A DNA stretch of 63,753 nucleotides, the filler included, from Sphacelaria rigidula (lineage: Eukaryota): NCBI GenBank assembly GCA_964200075.2. It is 9 parts of 9 records of this genome, joined end to end, with 100 filler letters (N's around TTAATTAATTAA, not from the genome) between each part and the next. Parts side by side here need not be neighbours in the genome. Positions count along the whole stretch, not along the records: positions 21,288 to 28,282 come from CAXNAA020017042.1; positions 28,383 to 35,377 come from CAXNAA020017043.1; positions 35,478 to 42,472 come from CAXNAA020017044.1; 6 more parts are not named here. One strand, written 5' to 3'. The notes under the pieces are model-generated. The model had not been told where the DNA came from, made no database searches, and saw only the letters and a program-made list of their open reading frames with translations. Every line of letters begins with the position of its first letter. Positions within the stretch are counted from its first letter, which is position 1. The position numbers and the translations under genes were made by a program. Positions 25,931-39,414 of this stretch are shown piece after piece.

Positions 25931-26692
25931 CCTGATACCTATTGGGATGACACGTCCGTACCAATGCTGTTTTTTTCCCTTCATCTTGTTCGTAACACAG
26001 TATGTATATATATATATATATAAACTATTTGGAACTCACGAGCGTGAAGCACACTTTGTAACGAGGTGTCCACGAGATTCAATGCTGATTTTAGTGTACA
26101 AGTTACTCCGCACCCGCCCCAGGAGATGACTGTTCGGGCCAATGCCAATGCTAGGGGTGCGGTTGTAGCGGATTCGTACTTAACGTGGTGCGGGGGTACA
26201 CATGCGTTCGCGGCCGTTCGAACGGACGCGCGATCGCGGTGGTCCTGCAATGTTTCCGGCGGGCATGAACATTTCGAGAGAGGATCTATTCTCACGAGGA
26301 CTTGACAAGGCAAGAATACCGACACCCTCGAAAAAGACGGACGGGACCGGGGCGCGGCATATATATATATATATATATATATATTGCGATATGCAACGTT
26401 ATGGATGTTGCTCAGTAGTCACATGGCACAGTTCAAGTGGTGGTACAGAACAAAAAGTAGGCCGCTTCAAGCAAATGTGAACACCGTCGATGGGTGACTG
26501 ATACATGCATGTGATCTTCGCAATGTGTACGAACGATGTCCTTCTTTTGCGTAGAGCAGATGATCTGGCAGATGATCAAGCAGATGGGTGGTTTTGCGTT
26601 CACATAGGATAGAACGTAAACAACATCAAACTGCAGGAAGCACAATAAGCTGTCCTTTTACCTGCGAAATGATGAAATAGCAACAGCGACAG

Positions 26693-26832
26693 GAAGTAGC
26701 GGGAAGGAAGTAGTGCGGATACAGGAGCCACGGTGATTGAAGTAGCGGGGAAGAAGTAGCGCGGGTACGGGAGCCACGGTGATTGAAGTGGCGGGGAAGA
26801 AGTAACGCGGGTATAGGAGCCGCGATGGTTTA
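26693..26832 (+). repeat. 46-bp minisatellite x3
   Basis: Unit gaagtagcggggaagaagtagcgcgggtacgggagccacggtgatt. Confidence 0.85.
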
Positions 26833-28460
26833 ACTTGTCCGTATTATGCTGTAGTCGTTTCTTTACCTTGACATGTCGGCGTGGTATAACCATTGGTATG
26901 TTGTTTGTTTTTGTGCAGATCGGGCAGCCAGTGCCGATCGCGATATGCCAATCTGCGGGCGATGGGTTCGGTGCACCGATTGCCAAGACCAGCACGTGGT
27001 CCCAGCGTGCGATTGCCACCCGACGTGTCGGGCATCGCGCTCGTTCCGTCAGAACCACCAGCGGTGGCTCAAGCAGTCAGATCCAGAGGTACGAGTCAGC
27101 GCGGGGTCTATATCTAGTTTAGCTGTTGTCCTCTTCTTTTTTTTTTATTCTGTTCCCATCTGTATATTTTCATCTTAATCTAATTTATTTATTTTGTCTC
27201 ATATTTTGATTTTTACTCCTTTTCATCTATGTAGTTTTACCTTTTTATTTATTTATTATATTGTCATACTTTAGCTTACCCAGACCTTTCTCGGGACCGG
27301 GTCATGATCAGTAGTATCAGTATCCGTCCTTCCCTTGATCCCCCCCCTCCCCCTCCCCCTCCCCCTCCCGGGACGCAGAAGCATCTTGGGTTGGGGTTGG
27401 TTAGTAGGGTTAGGTTGAGGGTCTAGCGATCATTGCAGAATGCCTCAACCGTGTGATGCAGCGTCGAGCGAGTAAGAACACTCTTGTCTTCCACGTCCCT
27501 ATCACACACGCTGCACGCTTGCAGTGGCACTAGTACCGCTTGCAACGGGAGCCGGACGACAAGCGTACAGGGCGCGATTCACCGCTCTGGTGGCTGCCAT
27601 GCACAAGAAGCCCGCTCCTCCACCTATCCCTGGCTGCGACAATCCGGAGGTAAGCCGTGGGATCTTCAGAGCTGGCGTTGGGGTAGTCTGCTTTCATTTT
27701 GCAAAAAGAAACGATGATTTTTGTGTGTCTCACGACCGGTGGTCGATGTTAGCCAGACCTTTTTTCTTGTCTCGTCTCGTCTCGTCTTGTCTTGCCATAT
27801 CATGTTTAGTTTTCCAATGTTTGGTTGTGTTGTGTTGTGTGTGTTTCGTTTTGTTTTTCCGTTTGGCAGTTGACTCTATTCTGCTCTCTTTTTCTATTCT
27901 CGTGTTTCTGTTTTTCTTTCTCCCTTTGACATAGTTGGCCTTTTCCTCGAGCTTCCTTAGCGAGTATCCCCCTTGCTTTACTTGCCTTCGACTTCGTACG
28001 TGTGTGTTGCATTGCATTGCACACAATTTTGTAGGTACACATTTCGGGATCGGTGGGGGAAGCGGGGCCGACATGGAAACTGATTTACCCCTGTCTTCAT
28101 CACTTGTCGGTTGTTGGTTTTTCCCCTGACTAGTTGCCTCAACACATTTTTGTTTTGACATGTATTCCCTGCCGAGTAAAATTATAGCAACTCTATGACA
28201 GCCATCCTAGGATATGGGGGGGGGGGGGGGGGAGGATTTGGGGTTTTTTTTTCCACGTTATGAGCAAAAAACAACCCCTGTTNNNNNNNNNNNNNNNNNN
28301 NNNNNNNNNNNNNNNNNNNNNNNNNNTTAATTAATTAANNNNNNNNNNNNNNNNNNNNNNNNNNNNNNNNNNNNNNNNNNNNAATGGACACAATCCCGGA
28401 AAGCGGTTGATTCTCATTTCAAAATACCTTCTCATTTTTCTGGCAATCCTGGTACATGCC

Positions 28461-28765
28461 CTGGTCGCCCCGGTGGCTCAGTTGGTGACCTCGAAACCTT
28501 CTGACGCAGTTATGTCGTGGGTTCGAATCTTGGTACGGTCTGGGATTTTTTCTCACACAATGCCCAACGGTGGAGAGCGACTGTGTCGCGGGTACACAAG
28601 ATCCGACTTATTGGCGGTCAAATAGGGAGAGGGACCGCTAAACCCCTCTCGCGATGAAAAATAAAGGCAAGCACCGCAAAGGAAAGGTGGAGAACTAGAA
28701 ACAAAAACAAGAAAACTCCTGCGTTGGTCTTCCTCCTGTGTGAACCCCGCTGATGCGCCCACATT
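28461..28765 (+). mobile_element. tRNA-derived SINE family A, full length
   Basis: A box tggctcagttgg and B box ggttcgaatc. Body aligns with 48918-49215 and (reverse) 43770-44053. Confidence 0.85.
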
Positions 28766-30705
28766 CCTCAGGTCTTGAGAATCCTTCAAATTGTGTGGAC
28801 GTAGTTGAGAAAATCGAATTGTTTAGATTTTACAGCTATCGTGAAACTCGGTGCATATTTTTACGGTGCAACCTCTGTGCAGACGGCAGTCAGTACAGTA
28901 GAGCAACGAAAGCTAGCTATGATCGGGCTTGCCTACCGTACTGCCGACAGCGTTGCGTGAAAGCCACAAGACCTTTGCGGTCGGAGATTGATGACGTGGG
29001 TGTCAAATGCAACGACGAGTGGATGATCACAGAGCACTCTTCTTGTTCCTCGTGGATATCTCGTCCCAGCTTGTAATGCATGACCTCCTCACATCGAAAT
29101 GAATTCTGGAAAGCTACTGTTGTACCGACGTCTTCACGCGGCCAGTGTATGCTCCAGATTGCAGCATTGACGCACTCCTATGCGCCACGCTAGCATCAGT
29201 TAGGTCACCACCATGTGTATCTTTTTTCACTCCGCATGTCAAAAACGTCTCCACAAGTGCTTGATCTCTCATACACCCTCCCCACTGGCGTGTGGCACGT
29301 TCTTTTCGTCGCGCACCAAGAGGGTCACATGTCGGGTAAAATCAACGATGAACAACACCACCCCAAGTTCAAATTGGATCTGTTATTGCCACAGCACCGT
29401 CTTTGCTGGTATGTGTGTGATAGACACAACAGCATCGGTGACGTGAACATCGCCCTGTTGTTCAACGACGTGTTCTGCAGCGCACAGAGGCGCGTTCTTC
29501 CCCAAAAAGAGAGGCAGAGAGATATCGATCTTTGCATTGGTGAGCTCCACAAACAAGAAGAGACGAGATCCCTCCGCACTTCGACGTTCTTCGAGGGGCT
29601 GTGTAGCAATAATACAACATGCCTTTCCGGTACATGCGAAATTCGGTACATGCTGGTAGCATGCATGATGCCAGTCTCTCGAGCGATTGGTAATCACTGA
29701 GCGAGGACACACAAAGGGCACGGACGAGAAGCTTCCTCTCTGTCGTTGCTTTTCTCTTTGGTGATATCGTCATAGACACGCGTGTATTCATATATTGGTC
29801 AATTTGATTCCGCCGATATCTTTCGGGGTATTGTAAGATATGTTTCTTTGGTAGTCTCCGAAGAAAGCAAAGTTATCTAGAACAAGACTGAGAATGTTCG
29901 GCGGGACATTTTGTATGGCCCGCGGGAGATACTGTAGACTGAGAATATCCTGCGGGACATTGGCTTGATGTGTGGTTCTCGGCGTTGTAGGTGGGAGTTG
30001 TTGATCCCCTCGAGGGTCACTCTGTTCTGTTTTCGAATAATACATTTCTTCTACATTCATTGTGTACATGCTGCCGGGGCAGACATCAATCTCTGGACAC
30101 GCTACCACTACCGGCTGATGCTGCAGACTGATCGGCGGTAGAAAAGATGTCTCCGCCCGGAAGCGAAGCAGATGGGAGTAGCTCTCGCGCCACGCGAAAA
30201 AAAGGTCTGGCCCAAGTTCGTAGAGAGAACGAAGACCCAAGAAATTCTCCGTCAGAACCAAGACCTCAAGATGTAGTCACAGGAGCTGCGAAGGCTACTT
30301 GAACCCAGCCTAGTGGGTCCAGGGGGGAACAACGGCCTGGATGTAGGCCGCGGGGAGTCCTCTGTCGGAGATGGCGCGCCGGGAGTATCCAGTACAGAGT
30401 ACGTCGGACGGCATGAAGGTGTCACCGACAGAAGGGCAGCACCGGCGTTGCAAACTGCAGCCCCAGCTCTTCAAGGGAGCTCAGCAGGTTTTCAAGGCCT
30501 GGCTCTTTCGGGGAAATCAGCAGGTATTCCAGGCCTGGGTCTTCCGGAGAGGTCAGCAGGTATTCCAGACCTGGACTTTTCACGCCCACCAGCGGTAGGT
30601 ACTGCTGAATGATGGGAAAATGTAGAGGTGTCTAGATCGAGTTTCGGTGGTGGTAATATTGCAAGCTCAGATGGCTTGTCGTCTTTCGAGATTAGAGGTG
30701 TTCGG

Positions 30706-30916
30706 TGTAATGCGTGAGAGGACCGCGTGCTTAGAGGACCGCATCGGAATATGAATATCCCTATTGGTAGGGTTAGGGTTAGGGTTGGTGTTGGGGTTAA
30801 AGCCAGGGACGTGGTCCCTGCAGGGGCTGGCCCGATTGGTTTTGGAAAACGTGGATCGTGAGGTGTTTCGAGCCACGGCGCGGTCCTCTAAGCACGCGGT
30901 CCTTTCACGCATTATA
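30706..30916. mobile_element. MITE family E (TGT...ACA-type ends) with internal GGGTTA repeats
   Basis: About 37-bp TIR tgtaatgcgtgagaggaccgcgtgcttagaggaccgc / gcggtcctctaagcacgcggtcctttcacgcattata. Flanks ttcgg / ttcag. Confidence 0.88.
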
Positions 30917-31145
30917 TTCAGTACCCTGCTGGTTTGAAATTCGATGGGACTGCGTCGGAATTCCCATCATGGAAAGAGCATTTTTCTGTACATGCCAGGC
31001 CGTGTGGATTGTATGAAGCGTACACCAATACCGATGATATTCCAGTGGCTGATATTGGAATAGACTTAGCACCTTTGGTTGAGCAGGGCTTGAGGTTAAG
31101 CCAAACCAAGCAAGCACAGGCTGTTCGGTGGCATCTGGACGGTGG

Positions 31146-31368
31146 TGTAATGCGTGAGAGGACAGCGTGCTTAGAGGACTGCGCCGTAGTTCAAAACACG
31201 TCAGGATCGACGTTTTTCAAAACCAATCGGGTCAGTCCCTGCAGGTACCACCCCCCTAACCACAACCTTAACACTAACCCTAACACTAACGCTAACCCTA
31301 ACCCTAATCATGGGGATGTTCAAAGTCCGATGCGGTCTTCTAAGCACGCGGTCCTCTCACGCATTACA
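31146..31368. mobile_element. MITE family E, second copy in opposite orientation, inside copia gag
   Basis: Same TIRs ending ...cgcattaca. Interior has ccctaa/cactaa/cgctaa units and is the reverse complement of copy 1. Confidence 0.88.
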
Positions 31369-34300
31369 GAAGGTCTGAAATTTCGGCAATCGCCCAAGGC
31401 TCACTACTATCAAGATCTGCTGTTGTCGCTGTTAAATATCTTATTACAGATAATGCTGATGTCGCCGTTTGCTTGCCTTCGTCGGCAAAATAAAGGACAG
31501 TTGCTACCTACCCGTGTATGGCGTTCATAGCTGTGGTAGTAAACATATTTCTCATAACCTCTCTGTGACACGGGGGGGCAGTCGGACAGGCCTGGGCGTG
31601 ATCGACCGGCTCTCTCGGGATGCTGCAGCAGCACACATGGGTGAAAATACCGACGGTAGAAAGCCCCGTCCATCCATAGCTTTCAGCATGCTTGCTTTCT
31701 GTGAGTTGTATGCGCAGATACACCCAGTTGAACCACCAGCTACACACTTTCCAGACGGTGCTCGTAGCGTACACTCGTAGCAGCACTGCAGGCAAGGAAG
31801 TAGCTGCTGGATTGATTCTGCTCTTTACTTCGAAAGTGCGTGTGTCTGCAAACGACGACCACCGTGCTTGACTCCAACAGCTCCAAGACCGCTGCCGGGG
31901 CACACACACCGTCTAAGGAGATAGATATCGCCAACCCGCGATGCTTTTTACTCTACGGCATAGCCCAGGGTGTCACTAGCAAGGTTCTGGATGATTCTCG
32001 CATGCTTGCGAGCGCCACGGCGTGCGCCAAGGGCAGCTCAGCGGAGTATTCCGCTGCGGTCCGAAATATTCGGCGTTCGCCAAACGTGAAGGGTTGACGA
32101 AAAACATCTAGCCGCTTCATTTTCGGAGAACGCCAAGCGCCAGGCGCGAAAACGCCAAAAATCTTGGCGATCTCCGAAAAAACTGTGTCGATAATGACGG
32201 ACCCCAGCAGGAGTTTCCCCCGCCAATAGTCCCCAGTTCAACGGCGTTGCAGAGCGCAATCCACGAATCATTGAAGCGACGGCAATGACGGTAAGGATGC
32301 AGGCGAAGATATTGTTTGGTCATGTTCAGCTGCCGAATACCGAAAAGCTGTGAGCTGAGGCAATGCATTGGGCATGTAAACAGCTCAAGTGCACTGCTTC
32401 GACCTTCAGCCCGGACAACAAATCACCAAACGAAATGTGGTTCGGTGCGGCTATGCCAGACAATCCACATCCCTTTCTCAAGCCGGCCTACTGCAGATGG
32501 AAGCGGCCATCCAAGCTGCTGCCTAAGGCGGAGAGTTGCTTCTCTCTCCGGCCTTCGCGCGAGCATCCGCGCGACTCTTACCGTGCGCTGACGTGGGGAG
32601 GGCAGATTGTCGAGACCCGAGACGTCACGTGGGAGGCATTGCCGCTGTCTGTCCCGCCCCCGCAATCACTGACAACAGCGGAATTGGGAGAGGGGGATGA
32701 AGCCTGCGACGATGAGTCGGTGGAAGTGTGGACACTGACAGGAAGAGGGATTCCCACGTGCAGCTACCGGCCCACGGGGTGGAGGACAGTCAACACCCAG
32801 CAGAGGCGGCGGGATATCCACAACCGGTCGATGCTCCATCAGCATCAGCATCAGCATCAGCATCCAGCGGCGAGTTGTCATTAACATCGTCCTCGCCATC
32901 TCTCGACGACTGATCAGCGTCTGCGTCACCATCACCGCCCAGCAGCACATCATCAGCGCCTGCATTGTCCTCCAGCAACACCAGCGACGGCATGCCTAAT
33001 CGAGAAGATGTACCAGCGCAAACACGTAATGCGCTGAGACAGCTCGAGGCGTACAACGTGGGTCCACATGACGACCAAGAACTCAGTGAGGGCAGGACGC
33101 GAGCACAAAGTCGGGTGCTGGACCAGCAACAAGCGATCGGTTTGCTAACTTTGCTGGGGCCCACCAATGGGGACCAAACCTTGCATGGGCTGATTGCTGA
33201 GCAGAGAACATTGAAGAAGAAGCCGAACGAGATACCTGACGAATATGCCAAAGAGCCAGAGCCTGCAACGATTGCCGAAGCCCGCGCCTCTGCACAACAT
33301 GCTGATCTTTGGGGGGGGCTATGAATTTAGAGCTCGAGGGGTTGCCTGCTGCAGGGACGTTCACCGTAGTAGGATCGGCTCCGGAAGGGAGTAACATAGT
33401 GAACGCGAAATGGATTTTCAAGTGGACAACTGATGTCCACGGCGAAATCTTGAAGCCAAAGCTAGGCTTGTGGCAACAGGTTTTAGTCAACGGCACGAGA
33501 TTGATTTCCTTGAGGTGTTTTCACCTACTGCGAATGCTGCAACAATTCGTCCCCTCGTAGCGTTGGCAAACGCGTATGGATAGGATCTCAGCCATTTTGA
33601 CATACAGCAGCAGGCGTTCACTCATTCGGATTTGGACTATGATGTGTGTGTAAATATATATATGAGTCTACTCCCAGATCGCGGATTAATGTCAGGAAAC
33701 ATTGTCCGCCTCAATAGATCCATTTATGGACTTCAACAGAGTGCCAGACAAGTTCTACAGACTGTTGGTGTCGACACTTGTGAAAATTGGTTTCGAGCAG
33801 TACCTGTCGGGTCCATGGATATTGCGATTGCTAGTGGATGGTAACTTGGTAGGAGCAGTCGTTTTGCATGTAGATGATATCGTTTTGGGAGGGGCAAGTA
33901 GTGTGGGTAAGATAGTAGTGGAAGCACTTAATGACACACTGCCACCTAAGCATCTAGGCAATTTCACATGATGCATGGGAGTGGAGCACAAACGTGAGAA
34001 GAAGAACAGGGCTCTCGAGTTGTCACAAACAAGTTATATTAGAAGCGTACTTGAACATTTTGATCTTTGCCGCTCCAGCTCTCTTTCGGCCTCTACTTCA
34101 ATGAATCTCAGGTCCGTGAATGGTGATAAAGATGTCAAGGATGTGCCCCTTCGAGAAATGGGGGGGGGTGTTTGATGTGGATGGCCAATCAAACCAGGCC
34201 TGACATCTCCAACACAGTGTGGGCCGTGGCGCGACACTCGCACGATCCGCAGAAACCCAACGGAAGGCAGTAGTACAAACGATTTTCGAGTCCCTGCATT

Positions 34301-35248
34301 TAACAGCGAACCTGGGGCTCACATATCGTGCAGGACCTGGTGCAGGCATTCAAACAACGGTGTATGTGGATGCGGACTACGGGAAGGGTGACGGGGCGAG
34401 AAAATCGGTATCGGGTGGTGGAGTTTTGTGTGGTAAATCAAAAGTAGCACGGTACTCTAGGGCGCAGAAAAGCGTTACACTTTCCACCACGAAAGCAGAG
34501 TATGTGGCTATGGGGGATGGTGTCAAAAAAGTTTTGTTTGTAGACGAAATTGTGGATTTTCTTTTAGCTGACACGGAAGCAGGGACGATCGGGGTGTCGG
34601 ATGACAGGGTGCGATTGCTTTAGCTGAAAATCCAGTAAGCTCATCGAGCAGTAAGCGTAAAGATATTCGTCATCATTTTCTTGGGGAGTTTGTGGACACG
34701 AAGACGATAACGTTCGAACACGTACGGAGTAACGAGCAACACGCTGATATTCTGACCAAAGCGTTACCTCGTGGAGCTTTACCACCCAACAAATGTTTTA
34801 TTGGGTAGTGAGTGAAGAAATATATATTTGCTGAGAGTTCTGAGAGTTTATCAAAGGAAACTACTTGTTGATATAGCAAATGCCCGGGGGAGGGTATTCG
34901 TATATCAACAGTGGATCCTGGAAAATGGAATCGCTCTCTAGAATGAGGTTCAAAATTGAAATATCGGTTTTGGCAGAGATAACGCGAAACAGTCACACAG
35001 AGCGAAAGCATCTCCCCCCCAAAACTCTGCAGCAGTGAATCAGGTGTGGCTAGGTGCACACAACGGATGCGGTGTACACACGTGTCGATGGCGATATCAC
35101 CAAAGAACAGAGGATTCTATAAAATGAGGTTCATCAATGAAATGAGGTTCGAGCTCAAAACAGTACTTTCTCCACGCTTTCAGCGATGGTGCTCAATGAC
35201 TTTCTTGTCGGCCTAATGCCCCTCGATTGTGTAGATACTTCTTCAGCG

Positions 35249-35377
35249 CATTTTATCGACTCAGTGAGCTTGCAGCGCTGTCCGAAACCGCCATTTCTAC
35301 ATATTTTTTAGGGGGGGTGATATCAGGGAAAACAGCAGTTTCGGTCAGCGCTGTAAGCTCACAGAGTCGATAAAATG
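35249..35377. repeat. Short foldback/MITE-like hairpin (40-bp arms)
   Basis: cattttatcgactcagtgagcttgcagcgctgtccgaaac ... gtttcggtcagcgctgtaagctcacagagtcgataaaatg. Confidence 0.85.
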
Positions 35378-36082
35378 NNNNNNNNNNNNNNNNNNNNNNN
35401 NNNNNNNNNNNNNNNNNNNNNTTAATTAATTAANNNNNNNNNNNNNNNNNNNNNNNNNNNNNNNNNNNNNNNNNNNNAGAACATGGCGAATCAACGGGGG
35501 ATGGTGTGGCAGTGGTGTTCTTTTAAGGTTAGCACAGCAACATATGCCCAAAGGAACAGTATTTTGAGCACATCTTGACACAGAGAGCGATTGATGTGAC
35601 GTGTATCCGCTTGGCACAGAAGTTGTTGCAGACCAGGAGGATTGCTTTGATAACAAATCATGAATCACATGAGCACGAACGACGTACTTTTTACTTGTGG
35701 CCTGTCTTTGCCGCCTGCCTGACCCCTCTTGTGTTGCCAACATAGCTTCACACTGCAGTGTTGTTGTACAAGACTAAGCAGAGACACCAGTAGCGTGCAG
35801 TAGACGACTGTGTTCAGTGCAGAACGATGCACGCTCACTGTTCCTTGCTGCTGAGTCCAGCGAAGGTATACATCTGACACTGGCTTTGTCCGCACTTGAG
35901 TCCGGGTGGGAGTAAACTCGTGAGGGTTTCTCCTGTAGTATTTTCTATATATTTGCGGAGCATCCCGGTAAACTCCACGTAGGTGAATAACAGACAGTAG
36001 GTCGTAGCGTAAAGTGTATTAGCCGTGTTCAGCCCCAAGCCAAGTATGATTCCTCCAAGGGGCAGTAAGTACTTTGGTCCCA

Positions 36083-38125
36083 CCCCAACTCTGTCCAGAC
36101 CGAAACACCGCATTCAGCACTACAACTGTCCAGGAACTCTCCAGCGCACATCGCACCGTGATCACCGTGAACTGTTTAGATGCGCGACAGTACAGCGACA
36201 ACTACAGCATATAAATTGTGGGTTTAGGAAGCACCTTGTTCGTTTGACTCGAGACGAAATAGCTAACACACCACGAAGGTGTCAACACAGTGTCTATTGT
36301 AGAGAGCACTGCGTGTTGACAGCATTATTTTTCGAAGAGACGAACGCCACGACAGTAATGAAGCAACTCTCGCTGCCAGTCCCAACGGAGACCAAACCGT
36401 CTTCAAAAAGACCTGGAGACACTCCAACGCAGCGACAGCTACAGCACAAGAGACAGCGCATGAGTGTGTCTGTGCTGCAGCACAGTGATACAGGACATAT
36501 CCCATGTGATAGGTCGTCCCCTGATTTCGGATGGGCTAGATTTTGGCCGGGTGACGGTTTGAAAACGCAGCGCTATATTTGCGCTTCGCGCGAGAATAAT
36601 TTATGTTCACTTTGGGTTATCCCCATCTGTGGGAGGTGAGCCGATAATCAGCTGACTGGAGCACATCCAACAGACAACAGTGTACAACAGTAGTACTGAC
36701 TGTACACAACAGCGATTAGCACGAACAACGTCATTCCGCAGTGTGAAGTTTTGGACCCCCAACGCGCTTAGAGAGACATGCGGCTACGCATCGAGTTTGC
36801 TTACTACTGCTGAGACTTGAGCAACTCCCGAGGTCACGGCCTTGAAAAACAATACACCCCGGCCACCGGCCTACATCGGAAAAACATTGTACCGTGTACC
36901 GGATAAACAGTTTTTCCGCTCCTGCACTGTACGCAGTACACTTCTATTCATGTAGTCTACTGTTGTCGAGGGTGCGCCATGACCTTGTGATATGCTTTCC
37001 TTCCCCGGCTTTTGGGGGCGATTACAGTAGATCCGCGCCGCTTTCTGCTCTCGGCATAGCTTCAAACGTCACTCGCTATGCACCTACCAACTCTCCAACA
37101 CCGCCCAGCACAACGGGGTACGCACTGCTCGGGAGGCTGACCTTAGGCAACACTGTCTGTCCAACGTGTTCAGAAAGCAGTGATAAACCTCTGCCCGACG
37201 CGTTGTTGCAGTCTGAAAAATTGTCTCACCCTGCACCTCCCACAGATGAGGATGACTCGAGGTGAGGTACAAGATTTTGGCGCGAAGCGCGATCATCGCC
37301 GAGCGTTTAAAAATCGGCACTCTTCAAAAAAGGAGGACCTGTCTGAAATAAGGTAGAGAATGGGACATCAAGGCAGACAGCTGCTACCATCAACCGCTTG
37401 GGATACAGCAACTCCGTGCTGGCTCAGATTGATTGCCCCAACCTGCACGCGTCCACCTTGCGTGTCTTTTCTGATCACAGCACCCGTCTACAATTGAACT
37501 ACCAAAGACCAGCTGCATAGTCGTCCCGTACGTCATAATTTCAACTTTATGAACAGCACCTTGATCGCACCCAAATCCTGTGCAAACCGAAACACGGCAT
37601 AAAGTAGAACAACTGTTCAGGCCCTCTCAAGCGCACATCACGCCATGTTCGTCGTAGAGTGCTTGAATGCACAACAGTACAGCGATAACAAAATACAGCA
37701 TAAAAAAGATGGGTGTGGAAATCACCTTCTTCGTTCGACGTGAGACGAAACAGCCAACAACGACAACAGTAGTGTATACAGCACTACCTGCCGAAAAACA
37801 AAATTTCGCTCATTTTCTGTGAAGACAAATGCAGTGACAACAGTCAGGCAACTGACGCACTCGCAGCGGAGATCAAATCGTCTTCCCCAAGGTCCGAACA
37901 CACCACAGCACAAGTGACAGCTACAGCACATGAGAGAGAGAGCGTGAGTATGTTTGTGCTGCAGCACGGTGAAACAGCACATGTCCAATGTGATAGGTCT
38001 TCCCCTCATTTCAAATGGGTCCTCAATTTTTGCCCGAGGGCCGATTTCAAACGCCCGGCCATGATCACGGTTTGCGCGAAAACCTTTCAATTCACCTCGA
38101 CTCAGCCTAATCTGTTGGAGGTGAA
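36083..38125 (+). repeat. Old direct duplication (about 36083-36640 and about 37570-38125)
   Basis: Colinear shared blocks ccgaaacac, agcgcacatc, acagtacagcga, gagacgaaa.agc.aac, gacagctacagcaca.gaga and tgtgataggtc.tcccct.atttc. Confidence 0.75.
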
Positions 38126-39414
38126 CCGAAAAACGTGTCCTGCTGTATCGCATGTTTTCTTCCTTCTTTCTCTGAACTTCCATGCAACCCGGATACACGT
38201 CACGTTTGTCTTACGTTGTTCGTGCTACTCGCTGTCTATGTCAAGTTGTGCTCAACACTCCTTTGTGCATATGCTGCTGTGCTGACTTCATGTGAACATC
38301 AATGTCACATCCAGCGTCTTCGGCGTATGATGTGGTGTACGCCCTACGCGCGATGATAGAGCTGGTGTGGTATGTGCCGGGAGGACGGAAAACCCTCGGG
38401 TCTGTCGACCAATAGCATGAACATCTGGAAGACCAAATCGAGGGAAGATCAAAACCGTCTTTTTGCTACGGACTTTGGAGGGCAAATTTGCTTCCCAAAA
38501 CACCGTACCGGTAAAGATCGAGAGGACTCAAGATTGTTGGCCAATAGGAGAGACCGAGCCCAACCTCGTCCAACACCCATATTTGGTCTTCACATCGTCA
38601 TAGTCGATGGGGTCTTTAAAAAGTGTTTTTGCACCGAAACACGGGCAAAAATACTCCTCACAAAGCGGGTTTCACCTTTCATTGCCTCCACAACACAAAA
38701 TTGGGAAGGTTTCCCGTGAATGACCTATTATTTCTGCCGATGTCTCCCGAGTCCATATCTTTCGAAGGGAAAGGAGAAACAGTCTGCGAAAATTCCTGAT
38801 CGAGTGAAATTCTCCATGTGAACGTTCATCACTCAAGTGAAGCATCAACATTTGTGGTGCATTCTCGGGGAAAACCCTTTCTTGTATGTACAAAATTTAT
38901 CTTGTGCTGTCATCATGGCGTACTTACAGTATCCCTATTTCACCAGTCACATATAGCTCTGCAACACACATACACGTGCACCCCCGAGACGTGTCTACCG
39001 GTGTCGTGGACGATCGACTTAGCGCCGGCTACAGCGAATGCATCGTACTTAGGTTCGGCAACTAACGGCAGCTAATTGTAGGGATGGCACGTGTGTCAAC
39101 GACACATAAATTGAAGCAGGGTCGGCGCGTGTCGAAGTTCGTCACGTATGCGCGGACGCATGCGTACGAACAGCGCTCAGGTGCAGCAAAACGCAAGGTT
39201 TTGCTCGGGGCATAAGATTGGCGCCACCTCGTGCCCCAGGACCTGTAGCAGCTGGCGATCGCCCAGAAACTCTCACTTTGTAGCACCGACAAAAGCAACA
39301 AACACAGGCACGTAGACCGTGTCATACACGATAAATCCAGTACAGCTGCACTCTCGACATGGGTTCTCTCACGAGTCACAAGTTTCTAGCCACTGTGCAT
39401 CCATCCGCACATAC

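Larger units (their letters stand above)
23478..27649 (+). other. Candidate exons of an unidentified gene (23478-23570, 26919-27088, 27525-27649)
   Basis: Each is bounded by a pyrimidine-rich ...CAG and a GT donor (gtcagt, gtacga, gtaagc). They join into a stop-free, phase-compatible frame but contain no recognisable domain. Confidence 0.3.
29832..34900 (+). mobile_element. Decayed Ty1/copia LTR retrotransposon
   Basis: Copia domain order: gag (KFDGTASEFPSWKEHF, 30934), integrase (PQFNGVAER, about 32230), RT (NAKWIFKW; LNRSIYGLQQSAR; LHVDDI), RNase H (YVDADY, LSTTKAEYVAM, HADILTKAL). Purine tract gggggaggg at about 34886. LTR limits are uncertain and no matching LTR pair was found. Confidence 0.9.

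Noticed and set aside
28461-28540. Functional tRNA genes at the SINE heads
   Set aside because: A/B boxes are present, but there is no consistent cloverleaf or anticodon across copies, and the full-length copies continue into a shared repeat body.
28870-29790. Protein-coding region (ORF 29215-29700 and overlapping frames)
   Set aside because: No recognisable motif or convincing splice signals; possibly very old TE sequence.
30934-31530. Intact 198-aa gag ORF
   Set aside because: The ORF reads through a MITE insertion by chance, and the rest of the element is full of stops and frameshifts.
36025-36639. 204-aa ORF as a gene
   Set aside because: It lies in a diverged duplicated repeat whose partner copy does not keep the frame, and no domain is recognisable.
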